DNA of 61,124 nt. Origin: Trichoplax sp. H2 (Eukaryota). Below the pieces are notes generated by a model. It saw only the letters and a program-made list of their open reading frames with translations, did no database searches and had not been told where the DNA came from. Shown here piece by piece: positions 53,056-61,124 of the stretch (position 1 is its first letter; each line of letters starts with the position of its first letter). The stretch spans positions 186,001 to 247,124 of the forward strand of contig NOWV01000113.1 of the NCBI GenBank assembly GCA_003344405.1, in the 5' to 3' direction. Both the position numbers and the translations under genes were made by a program.

Positions 53056-56000
53056 ATGAGAACTAAAAGCAAACGCTGGTTTATCAATGATTCATGTGGA
53101 ATTTGTTGTGTAGTATTTACGTATCTTCTGATCTTCTTTGCCGAATGCGTAGTCCTCTTTGTGACTCTGCTTCCAGAATCCTCAACTTCTTCTACGGTGC
53201 ATGCAATCATATATAATGTTCTAATCATCTTAGCTGTAGCGGCTCATTATAAGACCATGGTAACTGACCCAGTAAGTTTTAAAATTACCTTTACAAAACG
53301 GTGTAAAATACTGTAGACATACAGTACTGTATATTCAAACGGTTCTGATTATCATAATGACAATATTTTTATAGCTTCATTGTATCAAATTTGACACCAT
53401 TTACACCGCGTCATAAGTGATATATTATAGACGTAGAATTCTTGCTATATAAACGTAATTAGTAATCACCATGATGATGTTCATCCAAGACCGACGATGA
53501 ATTACTAATATGCTGTCGTGCGAGTAGTTGCCCTAATCACTATCGTTCCTGGTGCAGTGTTTAAATGCCCAGGTCCTTACATGGACCGTGACATTTATAG
53601 TTATACTGTACGCATATGCAGTGGTAGTTCACAGAGATTTACAGTATAGTACGACAAAGTAACATATTAATGTAGAATTACTTTTACTTTTAAGTGTACG
53701 CAACATACATTTTAATGCTGCATAAAATGTTATATACTGTAGATCGTTGTTATAGTACTGTAAATTTTAAACCTTAATTCTTCTACCAAGATATCAAAAA
53801 TCAGAAAATTTATTCCCCTTAATGTTACTGTATCCGTGTACAGTATAGTGTATATGTTTCTGTTACACTGCACACATCTGTATACAAACTATTATAGTGA
53901 TACTGTCAGTATTGCCAGTACCCGGTGTACTGAACACTTTTACAGTACTGTACAACGTAAGGTTTGCTGCAGTGGTTTTACTTACTCGCTGTACACCTGT
54001 AACCGGTGAATTTGATAATTAGCAATTTAGGGTAAAACCACGGAACACTAAAAAGAAATTAGTCCGTGGTAAAACGGACAGTCGTGTACTACTAAATACA
54101 TCGATGCAATTTAGTAGTCCATGATACAGTACAGTAATTTTAAGAACAAATTAACATGTGGCAAACTCTGATTTCTTGGAGATATGTCTATGTACTGTAA
54201 TTATGAAAAGGGATGGCCTTCATAGGCCTCTATAATCATATTATTTTGGTATTCAACAGATGGCCTGGATAGCATTATGTTCAGCTCAGTATAATTTAAG
54301 AATAATTATTATAATAATTTGTTTAATTTCATTCACAGGCCTTTGTTTATATTATATAAATTGTAGAGTACTGCCAGCACACTACGCTCTACTACTTTAG
54401 TGTACGAGCAATACCATAGTTATGGATCCATGGATATCATGGCATTTTAATCTTTAACTGATAGGCGGCATTACAGATGGCAGGAGTGCTAATTAGTAGC
54501 CTAGTTTTGTTACTAAATTTACTTCACTAAGAGGTGTTATGAGTGTCGTAAAAGCTGGCATTTCTTGATTAATGTAAAAGATAGAAATGAATGATGTTGA
54601 GTACTGTACCTGTAAAAAGGAATGACGTTTGCTCACTTGATATGCTCGTAAATTTATCCTGAATAGGGTGCAGTACCAATCGGAAATGCAACGCCAGAAG
54701 CATTAAGAAATCTGAGAGATAATGGCAGTTTTCGTGATATGGTAGTCGTGAAATGTGTAAAGTGTGAATGTATAAAACCTGAGAGGGCGCATCATTGTAG
54801 GTAGGAATGAGATTTGTGAATCTGTTCATCAAGATATAGCGTTGTACAGTATTACAAATCGCTGTTATATTAGATTACGCTGCCGCTCAGGTACTAATAA
54901 CTGTATTATCTGTCTTCATATTTCAGAGTTTGCAACCGTTGTATCCGGTAAGACTTTAATATTGTTGGGCTCTTGTATTCATATTTATGTTTACGTAGCA
55001 TAACACTCTTTTACGTGACAAAAAGCAGCATTTGCAATACAAAATGTAAATCAACACTGATGTATCGCAATATTCGCATCTCGAATCATAGAGCTATCAG
55101 AAATGTCTTAGTTCTATTTTGAATTTATTGCAACTTTTTTTTATTTAGTCATTGGTTATTCTTTAACGTGTTTCTAATTAAGTTTGATTGTTATACGAGT
55201 ATATCTGAATACTATATTACATTAAAATGTACCGAAAAACTTATTCTTCTCCATATCATTATCTAACGATTCTTGAATGTATCATTATAATGCTAATGTA
55301 GAAAAATGGATCATCATTGTCCTTGGTAAGTGTTTTAGTTTCAGCATGAATTTAACTCTTTACCGGCTATCTGAAGACAAGTGCCTTAACATAACTTAAT
55401 CTTAATTTTTCGCTATGTCAATGTAACTCTGCATCTAGGGTTAATAACTGTGTTGGAGAGTACAACCAAAAATATTTCGTTTTGTTTACGGTAAGTTTCA
55501 CTGTAATAGATCAATACGTGAAATTCATTATAGATTAAAGAATATATTCATACAGTTTTGACCAAATATATGATCATCAGGTGATTGAATGTCAATTTTT
55601 AGAAAGATCTACAGTTTACGATTTGTTTTGCTTTACTTGCAGATGTATATATGCTTATCCTCAATTTATTCGATATTCCTGGGTATTCGGCATTTTATTA
55701 TTTGCCATAGTATCGAGGCTAGAAGTAAGTTAGGTTTAATAGCTTTTAGTATTATTGCAAGTCGATTCTAAAACTGTAGGGATAGTGCTTCCTGGATTTA
55801 AAAGCTGTCTTCCAATTTACACAGACTGTAAGCCATTTTCGCTGCCCGCAACCATCGTCTTTGTTGTTGCATTATTATTCGAAGGCCTACTTTTCGGACT
55901 TTTTACACTGATAATGTGGTCTTCTCAGATGTATGCAATAGCTAATGATGAAACGGTCGGTCTCTTTGCTTAATACGTATGTTATTAAGTTCCTTATGAG

Positions 56001-56340
56001 CTTGCTATGGCATATTTATTCATTTTGTAAATATGATACACATTTAGGGCATTGAAGCTCTAAAAAGTAATAAGGATGGAGTTCAAAAGAAGGCTTGGTA
56101 CGATTGCTATTACTATAAATTCACTACAGCGGCAACGTTAATCTCTATAAATATTTTGATCAGAAGGACTTTTTTATCAAAGATCAATATACGATGAAAC
56201 TTTGCAATTTTTTTAAAAATTAATTTAGGCTTATGAACTTTAAAGAAGTCTTTGGTGGGTCATTTTCACTTCTATGGTTTTCTCCTTTTAATTCAGTTCA
56301 TTACAGGGGGAAAGAAGATGCAATGCATTACATAGTGTAG
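53056..56340 (+). CDS. ZDHHC3/7: DHHC palmitoyltransferase, ZDHHC3/7 (GODZ) family, ~273 aa
   Basis: Exons 53056-53271, 54667-54800, 54927-54947, 55302-55325, 55439-55490, 55643-55724, 55825-55955, 56048-56097, 56229-56340 (822 nt). Motifs [77 protein letters not shown]; ends HYIV. Confidence 0.95.
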
Positions 56341-57779
56341 TTGACGCTACAGTTTTGTATTTGGCAACTCTTCGTCATAAGCGGTTACTAGAGGGCGCAT
56401 GGTAGCCTGCTACAGACGTCTATTTCCTCTAAATAGGAGTAAATTTCGCTGAATTATAGATATATATTGTTACCGAGGGTACAATTCTTTTATGATAAAT
56501 AATTTCAAAAACATACTATTTTTAAGACTCAGTAATTGGTACAGTACGGTACTAGTTTTATCGCGACATTGATAGATTTTTAGATTTTTTACAGTATCAT
56601 TCTGTATTTCGCCGGGGACTCGCATGTTTGGCAATGAAAAGCCGAAAGAACGTATCAGATATTGTTGGAAATATCGTTAATATGATGTAACGATTTATTT
56701 AACAATAACACGCTATGCTAACCTTATGTAATCCGTACCAGATACGTATTTATTACTATTGTAGTGATTAAAAGTTCGTAGAAGAGACCTATAGCATACG
56801 ATGCGGATAAGTTCCAGTACTATCTTGTTACGATATTTGAGGTATCATTGAAAACACTTGCGAACATTGCAAATTTGAGTTGTAGTATATGCACCGTAGT
56901 TTCGCTATTTCATTTCACGGATTTGTTGTGGTGTAAAGAGCTGTTTCGATATTGTAGCCCTAAAATTAATTATTTTAAATTAATTATTATGTATAGACGC
57001 TTATTGCTGCACATTCCGTTCAATGTAACTCGGCTATGAAAGATGTACAGTAGATGATACTAGAGGTAGACTGTAGAGCTTACAGAATCTCTTTTATTTG
57101 TACTACTAGTATCTGTGCATTTTGTATCCAAATCAAATCAATAAAATGTTAGGAACTCATAAAGGAAATGCGAACATTACATCAAGAAATTACAACGTGA
57201 CAGTGAATAAACAATTGAAGTGGTAGTACTACAGCTGGTGCGTGATAGTAGATATCTTCAATATGTAATAGTTGTATGCATTTGCAGTATATGCCTAAAT
57301 CCATATCACCCTAATTAAGCAGAGTGGGGATTGAGTTTGAGTTAGCTAGACAACGGGAGTATAGTATACTGTACGCTTACAATACAGATTGTAAGATACG
57401 GCCAACTGTGATAAGGCGTCTAGTAACTGTTGTCACATGCATATAAAGGCATACGTATAATGCAATCAGGATCGGATTTCAGTAATTTCGTCGTCATGCG
57501 GCATAGACGATACCCGTACAGCAAACCATCGTTCGTGCAATACGATTAGAAACGAATCCTGGGTACTAATCTCTGGAAGTAGTCACAACTATTCGAGAAC
57601 GTGATTGTTTTTATTGCGAATCACCAATTCTGGGTTTGAAGATTTATTTGGATGAGAAATAGCGCTACAATAAAATATATATACATTATTTTCCATTTAT
57701 AAATCAAGCTGTACAGTATAACCTCCTCTTACAAAGTTATGGTAATGACTAATTTAATGTGAATGGGAAATCTTTGTTG

Positions 57780-59106
57780 CTAGTCAATATGAACGCGTGT
57801 TTCCTTAGTCTCAACATGACAACGGTCGCTATGAATGATACCTAATCCTACAATCATTAAAAATGCTCCTAAGCACCACATCTTCGATAGGTATTCCTTG
57901 AATATGACATAGCCTAAAAGAGCCTAAATATAAAGAAGCAATTAATGTGCAGTAGCTCGTGATTTAGAGGATTTTGATGCAAAAGATCTTATAACAGTTT
58001 TAATTACTACAAAAATAATGTTAATAGACCAAAAATAGTAATTAACAACAGGCAGTGCTAAAAACAGGCAAATTAATTTGTAATAAGACGTGAAGAACAT
58101 AAATGCTAGTATTAATGCTTAACTATAAATAGTCAACACAACGCACATTATACTTTTCGGAACCATAATAAAATGGATTGACGATATATGCATATCGAAA
58201 CGGATCAACATGACACCTGAATATCAGTGATTTGTAACTGTTCGATTTAAAATTGTACTCTACGTTGAATACCCAGGGTATAGTCAATTAGTCATACAAA
58301 AATTCTAAACGTTATGAAACTTCACAGTTATTATTCGTACTTACACTCGCTATGAAATTGATGGCACTGCTTATGACTGTAGCTTGTAAAGAAGTGCGGA
58401 ATTGATTTAAAGCTTTGACGAAAAAGGTCCACATAATTGCATTCGATAGAAAAAATCCTCCTATACAGATTGCCCTCAGACACCACCAAATCTAACGCAC
58501 AATACCATGTGTAAATAACAGATTACCCTTAATGAATACGTATATTGACACGCATTTCATTTACTATACTGTAGATTGCAACAATTTCGGACTTGATCAC
58601 ATTATGTACAATGTGGGATAGAATTATCATTTTGGTAAGTTAAATTCACATTCATAGCAAGCCTGATTCTAGCTTCAATTTCCAACAGCTGTACAATAGT
58701 AACTTAAATTCTACAAATCTATCAACAAAACAATACAGTAGGAATTATGTTCATGTTGGTGACGGCGTGAAAGCTGTAAAGAAGTTAATGGTACACAAGA
58801 CTTATCAGCTGTTGCGTCTTCTCAGAAATTACTGTGGCCATGGTACTTGGCATATTCTTAAACTGTACCCTACCGTTTTGCACTACATATCGTATTCTGT
58901 AAAATACTTAAGCTAATCTGGGAAAGATAGGCACCAGCATAGTGCATCAAAAGCTATACCTTAGTACAGTTTTTCGATGAAATTTCTATCCAAGCAGTAC
59001 AAAGATAATCCTTCATGATATGATCGTCATAGAAGGCTAATTTCATAAACATTGATGCAAAGGCAGCACTTAGGCCAGCCAATGAGGCCAATAGAAAGCC
59101 TAACAT
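57780..59106 (-). CDS. TMEM42: Transmembrane protein 42-like (small EamA/DMT-type), ~145 aa
   Basis: Exons 58960-59106, 58345-58491, 57780-57923 (438 nt). Motifs AGLSAAFASMFMKLAF, SNAIMWTFFVKAL, INFIASALLGYVIFKE..MWCLGAFLMIVGLGIIH. Confidence 0.88.
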
Positions 59107-59361
59107 CGTACTGTCCAATATTGCTAACGGAAAAGTACTTCTTACTGTATGATACGAGTGGGTGTAGGGTATTTCCGGCAGTGTACTAATTTTGTTCCAA
59201 TAGATCAACAAATGGCTGACTTTAATGTTAGCGATGGAACGAGCACAGAGTTTCCTGTTTCCTTTTTACCTCTATGCATGTGAGCGCAAGCGTAGTACCA
59301 AAAGAGCATGCAAAAGTTTCCTATTTGATTATGTCATGAGTGAACGGTGGTGAACAGGCGT

Positions 59362-59486
59362 AATTGCAACCCGTGGGATTTTTGCTACCCGGGTACCTCG
59401 TTTCCTACCATCAATATAAAAATTGCCCGGGTACATATTGTACCCGGGTATTTTAACCAAGTATGGAAACCCGGGTGCAATCTCTA
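59362..59486. mobile_element. Degraded hAT-like MITE remnant with CCCGGGT subterminal repeats
   Basis: Left aattgcaacccg, right acccgggtgcaatctcta; four cccgggt copies inside; no TSD found. Confidence 0.5.
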
Positions 59487-59693
59487 TAAGTAGCTTCAGG
59501 CATGCAATAGTGTACTGTACCGTATGAAACCCGTGATGACTGTAGCAAGTAGCAACTACGTATTCACTGTTCATTCATGACATAATCAAATAGGGAACTT
59601 TGAGAAGCAGGAGCTTGTTTGTACGAGAACTTTCCTGTTCGAAGTCGTTGATAAATGAAGTGAAATCTTTTTCTGTACAGTACTTAACAATAA

Positions 59694-60725
59694 CAGCAGA
59701 TTTACTGGTACAGGAGGATGCAGGAAATCCGAAATTTATGTCAAAGGGAACAATACTCATACAGTACCTATTCGGTGTAGAGTACAGTACAGTATACTAT
59801 ATCGTCATCTAAAGTCAGATCTACCAACTACTGTACTGTACTGTACAATGTACAGTACATTAACGAGGAGATTCGATCACCATTGAATGAATGTACAGTA
59901 CAGTGACCATGTGACGGACGTACAGTACTGTATCTCACGGTACTATACAGTACATGTACTGTAGTCTACAGAACTACAGTACTGTACTGTACTGTAGTGT
60001 ACTGTACAGTAACTGATCGCTTATACTGTACACTTGTACAGTATTGTATTATACTGTACAGTACTGTACACCTACAGTACAGTACGTATTACGTAGACTA
60101 CCATTACCATGCCTCAGGTACGGTGCAACTACCAGTCGGGTAGGCGGAAGAGACAAGAGAAGTTACGGTTGAAAAGAGAGTGTGGCTCTTTGCGTTACAT
60201 ACAGTACTTTATAGTACAGTACTGTCGCCAGATTGCCTGCATCCCTCACTGTACAGTATAGTACTTTCACTTGTGCACTAGTGGTACAGTACAGTATACT
60301 GTAATAACATGATAGAATGTGAAAAGAAAAGGTTTCTTGTTCAAAATGCCAAAAGCATAGAAAACTTGACATGACACTTGATTTTATTGTGCCACGAGAC
60401 GGAGTCATTCAGCGCGCAGTACTTTGTACTGTTGATCTTGTTCTCAGGATACTGTACACTGTAAGTGATTCATTGCTGCAGTACTGGAGGTACTGTTGAT
60501 GGTTGATGCTCTAGGGAATAGTGCGCTGTCCAGTAAAGTACTGGACTGTCTTGACTGATTCTTCTTACAAAAGCGTCATCATCCAAGTACTGTACTGTAC
60601 AGTGTACTGTATTTGCTGCTACTTCTGTCAAGAACAGACTGTACAGTACTGCACAAGTACAGTACCAAGAGTACCATGGTGACGTAGTAAGTACGGTCAG
60701 TTACTCAGGCTGCGACGTCGTACTG
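59694..60725. promoter_or_regulatory. Extended TACAG/CTGTA island in the TMEM42-RAB2 divergent interval
   Basis: Dozens of tacag/ctgta units (densest at 59820-60100) between ATGs 59106(-) and 60860(+). Confidence 0.6.
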
Positions 60726-60859
60726 ACTCTCTTTTACAGCGCTGTGGACGTATTTCAACCAACCTTATTGATCATCGGTTTAATCTGGATCGTTTTACTC
60801 GCCGTTACAAAGCGAAAAATTTCTCGACATTTAGATTTTGTTTTATCGAATTATAGACT

Positions 60860-60905
60860 ATGAGTTACGCATACTTATTTAAGTATATCATCATAGGTGA
60901 TACTG
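60860..60905 (+). CDS. RAB2: Rab2 GTPase, first coding exon (gene continues beyond the window)
   Basis: ATGAGTTACGCATACTTATTTAAGTATATCATCATAGGTGATACTG|gtaagt = MSYAYLFKYIIIGDT(G), the diagnostic Rab2 N-terminus, with a phase-1 donor. Confidence 0.92.
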
Positions 60906-61124
60906 GTAAGTAACATCAACTTAAGGTATCCTTTTATTGAAAATTAGTTGTTAAATTGGAATCTTTTTAATTCAAAAAGACCGTTGAAAGTACGACACTG
61001 TAGTGTAACGTCGTAGCGATCGATTTTGTACCATTTTCTTTTTCTGCTGTATGGGAAAAAGGGAGACCATGTGTCAAAGTTAATTCATCTGTTATGGCTA
61101 TGCAGTAGATTATCATCCACTGAT

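Noticed and set aside
53467-53555. Possible C/D snoRNA in ZDHHC intron 1 (cacc-ATGATGA ... tggtg)
   Set aside because: No terminal CTGA D box and no convincing rRNA guide; a snoscan/Rfam search would be needed.
57467-57561. Short element with caggat...atcctg inverted ends
   Set aside because: Inverted match is short and imperfect, with no target-site duplication.
1-61124. CRISPR arrays, tRNA/rRNA genes or prokaryotic operon-type systems
   Set aside because: Spliced eukaryotic gene architecture throughout; no regular repeat-spacer array or recognisable structural RNA gene seen by eye.

Overview
AT-rich, gene-dense eukaryotic (animal) DNA with short GT-AG introns. The style suggests a placozoan such as Trichoplax (inference only). 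Most genes are spliced and were rebuilt by hand from splice sites. In order: WDR88 (5' end outside the window), an intronless ~30-repeat TPR protein, an outer-arm dynein heavy chain of the DNAH5/8 class (23 exons, ~4684 aa, last exon 8.4 kb), an intronless orphan membrane-anchored P-loop NTPase, NDRG, EMC8/9, a decayed tyrosine-kinase exon, cytochrome b5, a Nodulin-like/MCH1-type MFS transporter, ZDHHC3/7, TMEM42 and the first coding exon of RAB2. The main non-coding signals are dense palindromic TACAG/CTGTA islands at the 5' ends of the housekeeping genes, several MITEs (one hAT-type with a perfect 8-bp TSD) and a candidate spliced non-coding transcript or long leader upstream of cytochrome b5. 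No rRNA, tRNA or CRISPR array was recognised.
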